Numbered from the stretch's first letter, positions 50,131-59,836 are shown. The stretch: DNA of 64,000 bases from Nitrospiraceae bacterium (GCA_050246315.1 JBFWWG010000003.1:128001-192000); one strand, 5' to 3'. The notes: generated by a model not told the origin, from the sequence alone. Translations and numbers: made by a program.

Positions 50131-52053
50131 ATGTGCGGAATTTGCGGCGTCATGGGTGCCAACCCGTCGGCATTGCTGGACCGGATGCTTCCGGCCCTGC
50201 GGCATCGCGGGCCCGACGAAGAAGGACGCTATGTATCGCATAACATGGCCATCGGCGCGCGCCGTCTGCAGGTCATCGATCCGCAGGGCGGCCATCAACC
50301 CATCTCCAATGAAACCGGAACGGTCTGGGTCGCGCTCAATGGGGAAATTTACAACTACCGAGAACTCCGAGACGAGTTACTGCGGAACGGACACCGCTTT
50401 GGCTCCCAATGCGATACGGAAGTCCTGGCCCATCTCTACGAGGAGGAAGGACTTGCCGGCATCAAGCGGTTGCAAGGTATGTTCGCGTTCGCCCTCTGGG
50501 ACAGGGAACGCGAGACACTCCTGCTGGCCCGCGACCGAATAGGCATCAAGCCCCTCTACTATGCGACAGACGCAGGGGAGGCGGGCAGCCGGTTCCAGTT
50601 CGCATTCGCCTCGGAACTCCCCGTGCTGGCCTCTGCGCTGGACCGATCGCAGCCGGAACCGGAAGCCCTCCTCGATTATCTGACATGGCTCTATGTGCCG
50701 AGCCCGCGGACCCTGTACCGCGGGATCCAACATCTTCCTCCCGGACACCTGTTGCGGTATCGGCACGGACAGGTCGAGATCGTCCGGTACGCTGCGATCG
50801 ACGACCCGGGTGTGAGGCCTCTCTGGTCATCGCCCGCCGAAGCCCGCGAACAGTTCATCGAGCTGTTCCGCGAGACGGTGAAGGCCCATTTGATCAGCGA
50901 TGTGCCACTCGGACTGTTTCTCTCCGGAGGTTTGGATAGTTCGGCCATTCTCGCCATGATGCGCCAGGTGACTAGCGGGACAATCCGCACCTTTTCCATC
51001 GGGTACGCGACCCCATCCGATCAGTCGTACAATGAGCTGGAACGGGCGCGGGCCGTCGCGGCGCATTTCGGTACCACCCATTCTGAATCAGTTCTCGACC
51101 CGGACATCACAATGCTCCTGCCGCGCATCGCGGCCGCTATGGGCGAGCCCTTTGCCGACTCCGCGGCGATCCCGACCTATTTGTTGTCTCAAGTCGCCCA
51201 TCAGTCCGTGACCGTCGCCCTCTCCGGCATCGGTGGGGATGAACTCTTTGGCGGCTATCCCCGACATCTGGGCATGAGGGCGCTGACTCCGTATCTCACC
51301 TTGCCGAGATCGCTCCGGGCCGCTCTGTCTGCCCTCGCGACAGGGCTCCTGCGGGAAGGGGTGGACGGACGGGATCAAACGGGACGGGTCAAACGATTTC
51401 TCCGGTTCGGCAATGGGGAACCCGTCGAACAATATCTCTCATGGACGTCTTTCCTGCCGCCGGAGTGGGGGATTCGGGCCTTCGAACCGGAGTTTCTTGC
51501 ACAGGTCTCCGGGTACGTCCCGTTGGCCCGATCGCGCGCCCTCTTCCAGAGCTGGCCCGGCAAGACTCTGGCCGACCAGGCGATGGGACTCGACCTCCAA
51601 ACCTATCTGCCGGACGATCTGCTCCGCATGGCGGATCGTCTGAGCATGACCCATTCACTGGAGCTCCGTGTCCCCTTCTGCGACCACCGGCTGCTGGAAT
51701 TCGCCAAGGGTCTCTCCGTCTCGATGCGATTCGAGGGCTGGCGCCTCAAAGGATTCTTGAGGACCGCGCTCGAGCCGTGGCTCCCGGCCTCTGTGCTGGC
51801 AGGCCCGAAACTGGGTTTCCGCGTTCCGCTCGCCCGCTGGCTCCGAGAGGACCTTCGCGAGCTGCTGCAGGATCATCTCACGACCTCCTCCGGCATCCTT
51901 CGGAGTATGCTGCGTCCCGCCTACGTGCAGTGGCTGCTGGATGAGCACCTCAGCGGACGGCGCAACTTCACCGATCAGCTCTATGCGTTGTTGATGCTTG
52001 AAGTCTGGATGGCACAAGGAATCGAGAGGTATGAATATACTGTTGCTCGCTGA
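50131..52053 (+). CDS. asnB: Asparagine synthase (glutamine-hydrolysing)-like amidotransferase
   Basis: N-terminal MCGICG, HRGPD, NGEIYN, RDRIGIKPLYY, LSGGLDSS, GGDELFGGY, ELRVPF. Confidence 0.93.
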   Translation: MCGICGVMGANPSALLDRMLPALRHRGPDEEGRYVSHNMAIGARRLQVIDPQGGHQPISNETGTVWVALNGEIYNYRELRDELLRNGHRFGSQCDTEVLAHLYEEEGLAGIKRLQGMFAFALWDRERETLLLARDRIGIKPLYYATDAGEAGSRFQFAFASELPVLASALDRSQPEPEALLDYLTWLYVPSPRTLYRGIQHLPPGHLLRYRHGQVEIVRYAAIDDPGVRPLWSSPAEAREQFIELFRETVKAHLISDVPLGLFLSGGLDSSAILAMMRQVTSGTIRTFSIGYATPSDQSYNELERARAVAAHFGTTHSESVLDPDITMLLPRIAAAMGEPFADSAAIPTYLLSQVAHQSVTVALSGIGGDELFGGYPRHLGMRALTPYLTLPRSLRAALSALATGLLREGVDGRDQTGRVKRFLRFGNGEPVEQYLSWTSFLPPEWGIRAFEPEFLAQVSGYVPLARSRALFQSWPGKTLADQAMGLDLQTYLPDDLLRMADRLSMTHSLELRVPFCDHRLLEFAKGLSVSMRFEGWRLKGFLRTALEPWLPASVLAGPKLGFRVPLARWLREDLRELLQDHLTTSSGILRSMLRPAYVQWLLDEHLSGRRNFTDQLYALLMLEVWMAQGIERYEYTVAR

Positions 52054-53272
52054 CGTCTCAGCCGCACGGGTGATCGGCGGCGCCGAACGCATGTTACGGC
52101 AGCAGGCACTCGGCCTGGCTGAGAAGGGCCACCAGATCCAGCTCGTGACCAGGGCTCCGGAAGGCGATCCTCGTCTTTTCGTAAGAATCGGGCCGGTGCA
52201 GGAGCATCGGTTTGTCGTGTCAAGATCCAACGAACTGTCCTTCATCCTCTCCTCCATGCAACGGTCGGTCGAGTGCTTCGATCGAACTGTGGGGCTGGCC
52301 AGGCCGGACCTTGTGATCGTGTATCAATCAGCCGCTGGGATCGGACCCTTGCTGCGACGGGCGGACGTGCCGCAATCCTGGATCTATATGTGCCTCTCCC
52401 TGGCCCATGAAGAATATGTCTCGCGGGCGCCGCAGGCCGACGCGCCGGCGCAACAATTCAGACGGACGGCCAACAGCCACGCGCGTTTCCTGGTCGAGGA
52501 CTACGTCATGCATCGCTGCAGGCGAGTCGTCGTCATGAGCAAGTTTATGAAGGAGCGCGTGATGCATGCGCATCGGATTTCGCCGGACACAATCAGTCTC
52601 ATCCCCGGGGCGGCGGATCACGAACAATTTCGCCCTCCCGAGGATCGCATGCAGGTCCGCCGGTCCCTGGGGCTGCCGGAGGACCGAACGATCCTCTTCA
52701 CTCTACGGAATCTCGTGCCCCGAATGGGACTGGAACAGCTCATTGACGCAATGTCGCTCCTGGGCGAGGAGGGGAGGGATCTGCTCTTGCTCATTGGCGG
52801 CGAAGGTCCCTTGCACCAAGCTCTGTACGATCGGGTCCTCCAACGAGGCCTCGCCGATCATGTGCGGCTCTTGGGGTTTGTCCCGGAAGACCGACTCTGC
52901 CGCTATTATCAATGCGCCGATCTGGTTGTCATGCCGACCCTCGAGCTTGAAGGCTTCGGCCTGGTCACGGTCGAAGCACTCGCGGCCGGCACCCCGGTTC
53001 TCGGCACCCCGGTTGGAGCGTTGCCGGAGGTCCTCAGGCGGATTGATCCGTACCTGATCACGGATGGACCGGCAGCCTCTGATCTGGCCGATGGGCTGGG
53101 CCGATTGCTACGTCGGTTCCGAGAGCTTCCAGGAGAACAGGAGCGCTTGGCGAGAAAAGGGCGCCGCCTCATCGAGCAGGAACTGAATTGGCCCAGGCAG
53201 ATCGACGCCCTCGCGTCGTTGCTTGCCGAACATGGGAGAGGCGATCGCGCAACCGACCGTCGCGCCGCTTGA
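52031..53272 (+). CDS. Glycosyltransferase family 4
   Basis: GGAER, RNLVPRMG, EGFGLVTVEALAAGTPVLGT. Confidence 0.92.
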   Translation: MNILLLADVSAARVIGGAERMLRQQALGLAEKGHQIQLVTRAPEGDPRLFVRIGPVQEHRFVVSRSNELSFILSSMQRSVECFDRTVGLARPDLVIVYQSAAGIGPLLRRADVPQSWIYMCLSLAHEEYVSRAPQADAPAQQFRRTANSHARFLVEDYVMHRCRRVVVMSKFMKERVMHAHRISPDTISLIPGAADHEQFRPPEDRMQVRRSLGLPEDRTILFTLRNLVPRMGLEQLIDAMSLLGEEGRDLLLLIGGEGPLHQALYDRVLQRGLADHVRLLGFVPEDRLCRYYQCADLVVMPTLELEGFGLVTVEALAAGTPVLGTPVGALPEVLRRIDPYLITDGPAASDLADGLGRLLRRFRELPGEQERLARKGRRLIEQELNWPRQIDALASLLAEHGRGDRATDRRAA

Positions 53273-53283
53273 GCAAAATCCAA

Positions 53284-54495
53284 ATGATCCCCTATCCCGT
53301 CATCCATGTCATTACCAGGCTGGACTACGGCGGTTCCGCCGAAAACACCATGCTGACCATGATGGGCGAGGACCGGACTCGTTTTCGGCCGATGCTCGTC
53401 ACCGGTGATCCGAATCGTTGGTCCGCACAAGGAGGGATGGAGGCGACCTGGCAACAGGGGCATCGACTCAATCAGGCGAGGGTACCCTGGATTATTCTCA
53501 AGGACCTCGTGCGGCATCCAAGCCCGATCCGCGATCTTAAGACACTCTGGACCCTCTATTGTCTTTTTCGCCGCACAAGGCCGACCATCGTCCATACCCA
53601 TACGTCCAAGGCCGGCGCGCTCGGCCGAATGGCTGCCTGGCTGGCGTCCGTGCCGGTGATCATCCATACGCCCCACGGGCATGTGTTCTACGGACACTTC
53701 AGCCGCCCCGTCTCCTGGTTATGCCTGCAGATTGAACGAATCCTCGCCCTCCTCACCACGCATCTGATCGCCCTGACCACGGCCGAACGACAGGACCACA
53801 TCATTCGCCGAGTCGGACGGGCGGAGGATTGGACGGTCATCCCGAGCGGAATCGATCTCGCACGCTTTCGCTCGATTCAGCCCAGAGCTGACCAACGGCC
53901 GGCCTTGTTGGATTGCCCCGTTGATTCCACCGTGGTGGGAACGGTCGGGTGGTTGACCGAAGTGAAGGGTCATCGCCGCCTCATCGAGGCCTTGGCCCGC
54001 CTTGCGCCCGCCAGGCCTTCGTTGTACCTGGCGATTATCGGCACCGGTGAATTGTATGATTCCCTGGTGGCGTTGGCCAAGCATTTGGGCATCGGCGATC
54101 GGGTCAGGTTTCTCGGCCACCGCCACGATGTCGCCGAATGCCTCGCTTCTCTGGATCTGTTTGTGTTTCCTTCTCAGAACGAAGGGATGGGCCGGGCTCT
54201 GATCGAAGCCATGGCCGCGGCACTCCCGGTGGTGGCCACCAGCGTCGGGGGGATCCCGGGCATCATCGAACACGGCCGCACGGGTCTGTTGGTTCCGCCG
54301 GACGATGGCGCGGCGCTGGCCGCCGCGATGGCCGAGCTGCTGGACGACCGGGTACGGGCGAGAGCGATAGGACAGGCCGCACGCGAGAGCGTCGGCGTGG
54401 AATTCAACGTCGCCAACATGGTCAGGGCTATCGAGTCCGTGTACACCCATTGCCTACAACCGCCATCCTGGCCTCGGACTGTCACCAGTCCGTGA
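53284..54495 (+). CDS. Glycosyltransferase family 4
   Basis: HVITRLDYGGS, HTHTSKAG, HTPHGH, KGH, EGMGRALIEAM. Confidence 0.93.
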   Translation: MIPYPVIHVITRLDYGGSAENTMLTMMGEDRTRFRPMLVTGDPNRWSAQGGMEATWQQGHRLNQARVPWIILKDLVRHPSPIRDLKTLWTLYCLFRRTRPTIVHTHTSKAGALGRMAAWLASVPVIIHTPHGHVFYGHFSRPVSWLCLQIERILALLTTHLIALTTAERQDHIIRRVGRAEDWTVIPSGIDLARFRSIQPRADQRPALLDCPVDSTVVGTVGWLTEVKGHRRLIEALARLAPARPSLYLAIIGTGELYDSLVALAKHLGIGDRVRFLGHRHDVAECLASLDLFVFPSQNEGMGRALIEAMAAALPVVATSVGGIPGIIEHGRTGLLVPPDDGAALAAAMAELLDDRVRARAIGQAARESVGVEFNVANMVRAIESVYTHCLQPPSWPRTVTSP

Positions 54496-56090
54496 TCATT
54501 GTGGTCATGATGGACGGGTCGCTTGGACAAAATCGGACTCGGCCGAGAGCCTGGTCTCCCGTCTTGTTCGGTCTTGGCCTGGTCATGGCATTGAGCTGGT
54601 CTCCGAGCACCTCCGTTTCGGCCGAAGAGCCGATTCAACTCTCGGTCGCGGTCCATGTTCACAGCGAGGCCAGCACCGGCACACTCTCGCTGGAGTCGAT
54701 CGCACAGAGAGCCGAACAACTTGGCCTCGACGCCGTCATCTTCACGGAGAACTTGGTCCTTCGATACGAGTATGGACTCCCGCCGTTTCGCAGTCTCCTT
54801 CGGTTTGTTCGAGAATTTCCTTCCCTGATCGACTACGGCATCACGCGTTACGTTGCCGAACTCAATGATGTGCAATCGCGGCACCCCGCAGTCATCCTCG
54901 TCCCCGGCATCGAAGCCGCGCCCTATGCCTACTGGACCGGCTCCCTCTGGTCCGGCGACCTGACCCTGCACGATACCCAGAAGAATCTCTTGGTCTTCGG
55001 CCTGAAAGACCCAGCCCACTATCGACAGCTTCCCGCAATCGGCAATCCGGCTGCCTATCATGTCACCGCAGAGGCGGTGATGGTGCTGGTGCTGCCGCCG
55101 CTGCTCATGACGCTGGCGACCGTGATGGGATTGAGGGACCGACGCGCGCTCCGCGAGGGCCTCGTCGCTCGTCTGAGCCGCCCGAGGCTGGTGGCCATGT
55201 GCAGCTCCGCAGCGGTCGGCGCGACGCTGCTCTGGGCCGCTTGGCCTATCGGCCGACCTCCCTATCCCATCTATGACAGCGGGCAGGGCTACCGCCCGTA
55301 CCAACAGTTCATCGAGGCGGCGCGCGACGCCGGAGGATTGATCTTTTGGTCGATGGTCGAAGCGCGGGATCACGAGATCCATTCGTTCGGACCGTTGGGC
55401 GATGTGACTGTGACGACCGAACCCCATCCGGACGCGTTGATCCTGACCGACCACTATACCGGGTTCGGCGGACTCTACCAGGAAGCCCATCGCGCGATTC
55501 AGCCGGGACAGATCTGGGACCGGACCATCGAACTCTTTCTCCGCGGCGAACGACCGGCACCTCCCGTAATGCTCGGCGAAATCGCCTTTCATGCCCCGGA
55601 CCATGCAGGCAAGGATCTCGATCAAGTCTTGTCGATCGTCTCAGTGCGAAGCCGGACGACGGATGCGTTGTTGAGTGCCCTGCGAACGGGCAACCTCTAT
55701 GCCGTCGAGCGTCGGAAGAAGGAGTTCGCTCTCCGTCTGGAGACCTTTCGGATAGAATGCGACGGGGGGCGCCGTCATGCCTCGATGGGGGAGATCCTTG
55801 ATCCGGAAGGTCAGCGCGACGTGGTGATTCGAGCTTCGATTTCGGCAACGGATCGGCAAGCCCATCCCATTACCGTCACTCTCATCCGGTCAGGGGAAAC
55901 CTTGTCGCGACAGTCCGGCACCACCCCGCTCACGATCGACTTCCCGGACAAGACCGCGCCGGCCGAACGGTGGCTGGCCTATCGCATTCTGGTCGAAGGG
56001 GAGGGAGAACTCGTCAGCAACCCCGTCTTCGTCGGACCCATGCCTTCGACACAGCTCGCCACGACCGCTTCCGGCGAGGCACGCTTGTGA
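54492..56090 (+). CDS. Membrane-anchored PHP-like putative metallohydrolase
   Basis: Signal-like N-terminus; VHVHS..S.G, GLDAVIFTE, VPGIE; two internal TM helices; GEIAFH; beta-rich C-terminus ending SNPVFV; start GTG 54492 or ATG 54507/54510. Confidence 0.7.
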   Translation: MIIVVMMDGSLGQNRTRPRAWSPVLFGLGLVMALSWSPSTSVSAEEPIQLSVAVHVHSEASTGTLSLESIAQRAEQLGLDAVIFTENLVLRYEYGLPPFRSLLRFVREFPSLIDYGITRYVAELNDVQSRHPAVILVPGIEAAPYAYWTGSLWSGDLTLHDTQKNLLVFGLKDPAHYRQLPAIGNPAAYHVTAEAVMVLVLPPLLMTLATVMGLRDRRALREGLVARLSRPRLVAMCSSAAVGATLLWAAWPIGRPPYPIYDSGQGYRPYQQFIEAARDAGGLIFWSMVEARDHEIHSFGPLGDVTVTTEPHPDALILTDHYTGFGGLYQEAHRAIQPGQIWDRTIELFLRGERPAPPVMLGEIAFHAPDHAGKDLDQVLSIVSVRSRTTDALLSALRTGNLYAVERRKKEFALRLETFRIECDGGRRHASMGEILDPEGQRDVVIRASISATDRQAHPITVTLIRSGETLSRQSGTTPLTIDFPDKTAPAERWLAYRILVEGEGELVSNPVFVGPMPSTQLATTASGEARL

Positions 56091-56794
56091 AAGTCACCAT
56101 CCATCAGCCGCAATTCTTGCCCTGGCTGGGCTATCTGGACAAGATCGCCCGCGCCGATCTGTTCGTCGTGCTGGATCAGGTTCAGTTCAAGAAACAGGAG
56201 TGGCAGAACCGAAACCGAATCAGGACGGCCTGTAAGTGGCAGTGGCTGACGGTGCCCGTGCTTCAGCGATTCGGTCAGCGCATCGACGAGGTTCGTGTGA
56301 ACCGGCAAGTTGATTGGCGACGCCAGCACCTGCGCGCCTTGACCATGCACTACGCGAAAGCTCCCTATCAGAACCATGTCTTGGCCGGGCTGCGGTCGCT
56401 CTATGAGGCCGATTGGGAGCGGCTGGTCGATCTCAACCTGGCCGTTCTCCGTTGGCTGATGGAGACGTTTCACATCACGACACCGATCCGATTGGCATCC
56501 GAGCTTTCCGCGCGGAACCATCCGACCGATCGATTGATCGACATCTGCCGCGCGGTAGGAGCTTCCACGTACCTGGCCGGACCCGGTGCCGAACAGTATT
56601 TGGATCGCCCCCGCTTCGAGGCCTCCGGCTTGGAACTTGAGCTGCAACGGTTCCGCCACCCGGTCTATGCCCAATGCTATCACCCATTCATTCCCGACAT
56701 GAGCGCCCTGGACCTGCTGATGATGGAGGGCCGATCCGGCTTCCGCACACTCGTGGGTGAAGATCCGGTGCGCGGAGGCATGCAGTATGCGTAA
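56087..56794 (+). CDS. WbqC family protein
   Basis: IHQPQFLPWLGY, DQVQF....QNRNRI, WLTVP, YAKAPY, YLAG, SALDLL. Confidence 0.93.
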   Translation: MKVTIHQPQFLPWLGYLDKIARADLFVVLDQVQFKKQEWQNRNRIRTACKWQWLTVPVLQRFGQRIDEVRVNRQVDWRRQHLRALTMHYAKAPYQNHVLAGLRSLYEADWERLVDLNLAVLRWLMETFHITTPIRLASELSARNHPTDRLIDICRAVGASTYLAGPGAEQYLDRPRFEASGLELELQRFRHPVYAQCYHPFIPDMSALDLLMMEGRSGFRTLVGEDPVRGGMQYA

Positions 56795-56843
56795 TGGTAT
56801 CGCATGATTCCGTCGCCATAAACGAGGAGAAGCAATTACTTCC

Positions 56844-57506
56844 ATGACCCCGTCGGTGATCCTTCCACCCGGCAACGGCCAAGCGAACGCCATGCGACTC
56901 CTGGCCATCGGTGCGCACCCGGACGACATCGAGGCCGGTTGCGGAGGCACCCTGATCAAGTACGCGAAGAACGGGCATCGCGTGTTTCTCATGGTGATGA
57001 CGGAAGGGGAGTTGGGCGCGTCGCGCGGTATTCGGCGCCAAGAGCAACAACGTGCGGCCAAGGCCCTACGCGCAGAGCATCTGTATTGGGGTGGATATCG
57101 CGACACCCAGTTGCCGGGCGGCCGGAGCCTCATTCAGAAGCTCGAGCGGATCGTCAAGACCGTCCAGCCCCATTTCATCTTCGTCCATTACTTCGACGAC
57201 ACGCATCAGGATCATCGGCACTTGGCCGAAAGCACGATCACCGCCACTCGCTACACCAAAAACGTGTTGTTCTACGAAGGCCCGACCACTCAAAATTTTT
57301 CACCCACGGTCTTCGTGGACATCGACGAAGTCTTGGAAGACAAGATCGGATCGATCCGCACCCACGCATCACAAGTGGCCAAGACCAATATTGAAGGGTT
57401 GTCGATCGTCGATATCATCCGTTCGGCAGCGCACTTTCGTGGCATTCAAGGTCGTGTGCGCAACGCGGAGGGCTTCGTGCCGCTTCGGCTGTTCATCAAT
57501 GTGTAG
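56844..57506 (+). CDS. PIG-L/LmbE family deacetylase
   Basis: GAHPDDIE, RRQE, HQDH, HASQ; start may be ATG 56892. Confidence 0.92.
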   Translation: MTPSVILPPGNGQANAMRLLAIGAHPDDIEAGCGGTLIKYAKNGHRVFLMVMTEGELGASRGIRRQEQQRAAKALRAEHLYWGGYRDTQLPGGRSLIQKLERIVKTVQPHFIFVHYFDDTHQDHRHLAESTITATRYTKNVLFYEGPTTQNFSPTVFVDIDEVLEDKIGSIRTHASQVAKTNIEGLSIVDIIRSAAHFRGIQGRVRNAEGFVPLRLFINV

Positions 57507-57524
57507 GAAACTCTGGGAGCAAGA

Positions 57525-58622
57525 ATGATCCCTCACTCCAAACCCTCTCTTGAACCGGTTGACGAAGAGGCCGTGATGGACGTGCTGCGCTCCGGCCAGA
57601 TCGCGCAGGGTCCGATGGTCGCCCGCTTCGAGCAGCAGATGGGGGAGTTTCTCGGTCTCCAGGGCGGCGTGGCGGTCAATTCCGGCACGATGGCGATCGA
57701 GCTGGCACTCCGTGCACTCCACATCGGCGAGCATGACGAGGTCATCGTGCCCAGCTATGTCTGCTCGGCCCCATGGCAAGCCATCACACGCGTTGGGGCC
57801 AGGCCCGTCTTGGCGGACATTGATCCAGAGACCCTGAATATCGACCCGGCCTCCGCCCGGCTGGCGCTCACGACCAAGACACGGGCTATTCTCGTGCCGC
57901 ATCTGTTCGGCCTGCCGGCCGATCTCGACGCCTTGCAACAGTTGGGTGTACCGCTTATCGAAGACTGCGCCCAGACGCTGGGATCAACGGTGGGAGGTCA
58001 ACGGGTTGGATCGGTCGGGACGCTGACGGTTTGCTCATTTTATGCCACCAAGCTTCTCTGCGCCGGCGAAGGAGGCATGGTCTTGTCCAACGACACGACT
58101 CTGCTGGAACACATCCGCCAATTCCGCGAGTACGACGAGCGTCCTGTGCTGACCTTGGGGTCGTCCAACCTCAAGATGTCGGATCTCCATGCGGCGCTCG
58201 GATGCTCGCAACTCCGGCGGCTTCCCGAGTTCATTTCCAGACGCCGCCGGATTGCGGAGGTCTATAGCCGCGCCTTGCCCAACAACCCGGCCGGCGAGCG
58301 GTTGATCGGTCCTTCCGTCCCGCTCGGCCGTACGCATGCCTATTTTCGGTACGTCCTGCGCGTAAAGTCCGATGCGCCCGGCGTTGAGGCGGCCGATCTG
58401 GCAGATTCATGGTTGGCTCGGTTTCATGCCGCGGGTCTTCAGGCGCGTCGCCCCGTGTTTCGCCCTCTGCATCACTACTTAGGACACAAGGGGTTCCCCG
58501 CAAGTGAGGACGCCTATCGAACCACCCTGTCGCTCCCGATCTATCCCGCCATGACCGAGGAGACTTTGCGCCGTTGCCTTGCGACAATCCGGGAGGTCTG
58601 TGGTGAAATCGATCGAGCTTGA
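57525..58622 (+). CDS. DegT/DnrJ/EryC1/StrS family sugar aminotransferase
   Basis: NSGT.A, HLFG, EDCAQ, SFYATK (PLP lysine), GEGG, LSLPIYP. Confidence 0.95.
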   Translation: MIPHSKPSLEPVDEEAVMDVLRSGQIAQGPMVARFEQQMGEFLGLQGGVAVNSGTMAIELALRALHIGEHDEVIVPSYVCSAPWQAITRVGARPVLADIDPETLNIDPASARLALTTKTRAILVPHLFGLPADLDALQQLGVPLIEDCAQTLGSTVGGQRVGSVGTLTVCSFYATKLLCAGEGGMVLSNDTTLLEHIRQFREYDERPVLTLGSSNLKMSDLHAALGCSQLRRLPEFISRRRRIAEVYSRALPNNPAGERLIGPSVPLGRTHAYFRYVLRVKSDAPGVEAADLADSWLARFHAAGLQARRPVFRPLHHYLGHKGFPASEDAYRTTLSLPIYPAMTEETLRRCLATIREVCGEIDRA

Positions 58623-59766
58623 TCCAGCCCTCTCTCCTCCGACGACGACCTTCCATTGGACCGGCGCCGCGAGTCTCACCGGATTGGCGTTCGCCGCCCT
58701 CTTGCTGACACCAGCCGTTCATGCCTGGTTTATCGAGCAGGGGGAACGATGGCTCTACATCCTGTTGCTGGCCTTTTGGTGCAGTTTCACCGTGACTCCC
58801 ATTGCAGCCTGGGCCGGACATCGCTGGGGTTTGGTGGATGTCCCGGCGGCCCGCAAAATTCACCGGCATGCCACTCCGCGCACAGGCGGTGTCGCCGTGT
58901 ATGTGGCCATGTTGCTCGCCCTGCTGATGAATTCGATCCTGGTCGGATGGATGGCGGCGATCCTGATCGCCGGCTCATTATTGTTCACCCTCGGCCTGCT
59001 CGACGATGCCCGCGAAGTGCCGGCGGGCGTCAAACTCCTCGTGCATATTCTGGCGACCGGTCTCGTCATGGGGTCGGGAACCGTGTTGACGCTCTTTCCT
59101 TCGTCTCCTCTGGGAGATGCCCTCAATCTGGCGCTTACCCTCCTGTGGATCGTCGGCATCACCAGCGCGTTTAATTTTTTCGACGGCATGGACGGCCTGG
59201 CCACCGGCCTCGCGGTGCTGATCGCCGGATTCATGGGATTCGTGGCCTTCGACACCGATCAGCCCGGATTGGGCTGGTTCGCCGTGGGCATCGTCGGAGC
59301 CTCCCTAGGATTTCTTCCATACAACTTCCGTCCCGGCCGTTCGGCACTGATTTTTCTCGGCGACTGCGGATCGACCTTCCTGGGCTTCACCCTGGCTTGC
59401 CTCGCGGTGAAAGGCAACTGGGCGGATCAGAATCCCATCGTTTCCTTCAGCAACCCGCTGTTGATCTTCGGTGTGTTGATCTACGACATGGTCCACATCA
59501 CGATCGCGCGTATTGTTACGGGTAAGATCACCTCCCTGCGCTCGTGGTTGGAATACGTCGGAAAAGACCACCTTCACCATCGCCTGGAACGGGTGCTCGG
59601 AAGTCGAGTCGCCAGCGTGATGTTTATCTACGGCCTCACCATCTCCCTCGGTCTCGCCGCCATTGTCCTCCGAAAAGCCGACACGGTTGAAGCGCTGCTG
59701 CTGCTTGGACAGGCAACCATGATCATTCTCATGGTCACCGTGCTGGAGCAGCGCACTCGCGGATAA
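58603..59766 (+). CDS. WecA/MraY-family undecaprenyl-phosphate HexNAc-1-phosphate transferase
   Basis: RKIH...TPR.GG, GLLDD, NFFDGMDGLA, IFLGDCGS, DHLHHRL; RBS GGAGG before GTG 58603. Confidence 0.92.
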   Translation: MKSIELDPALSPPTTTFHWTGAASLTGLAFAALLLTPAVHAWFIEQGERWLYILLLAFWCSFTVTPIAAWAGHRWGLVDVPAARKIHRHATPRTGGVAVYVAMLLALLMNSILVGWMAAILIAGSLLFTLGLLDDAREVPAGVKLLVHILATGLVMGSGTVLTLFPSSPLGDALNLALTLLWIVGITSAFNFFDGMDGLATGLAVLIAGFMGFVAFDTDQPGLGWFAVGIVGASLGFLPYNFRPGRSALIFLGDCGSTFLGFTLACLAVKGNWADQNPIVSFSNPLLIFGVLIYDMVHITIARIVTGKITSLRSWLEYVGKDHLHHRLERVLGSRVASVMFIYGLTISLGLAAIVLRKADTVEALLLLGQATMIILMVTVLEQRTRG

Positions 59767-59780
59767 ACAGCGGCCGAACT

Positions 59781-59836
59781 GTCATCCGTCATCGGTCATT
59801 GATCATTCATGACTGGCGACCGATGCCCCATGACGA
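59781..59836. repeat. Palindromic array of 7-bp units (GTCATCG-like x4, then inverted x4)
   Basis: GTCATCC GTCATCG GTCATTG ATCATTC / ATGACTG GCGACCG ATGCCCC ATGACGA. Confidence 0.65.
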
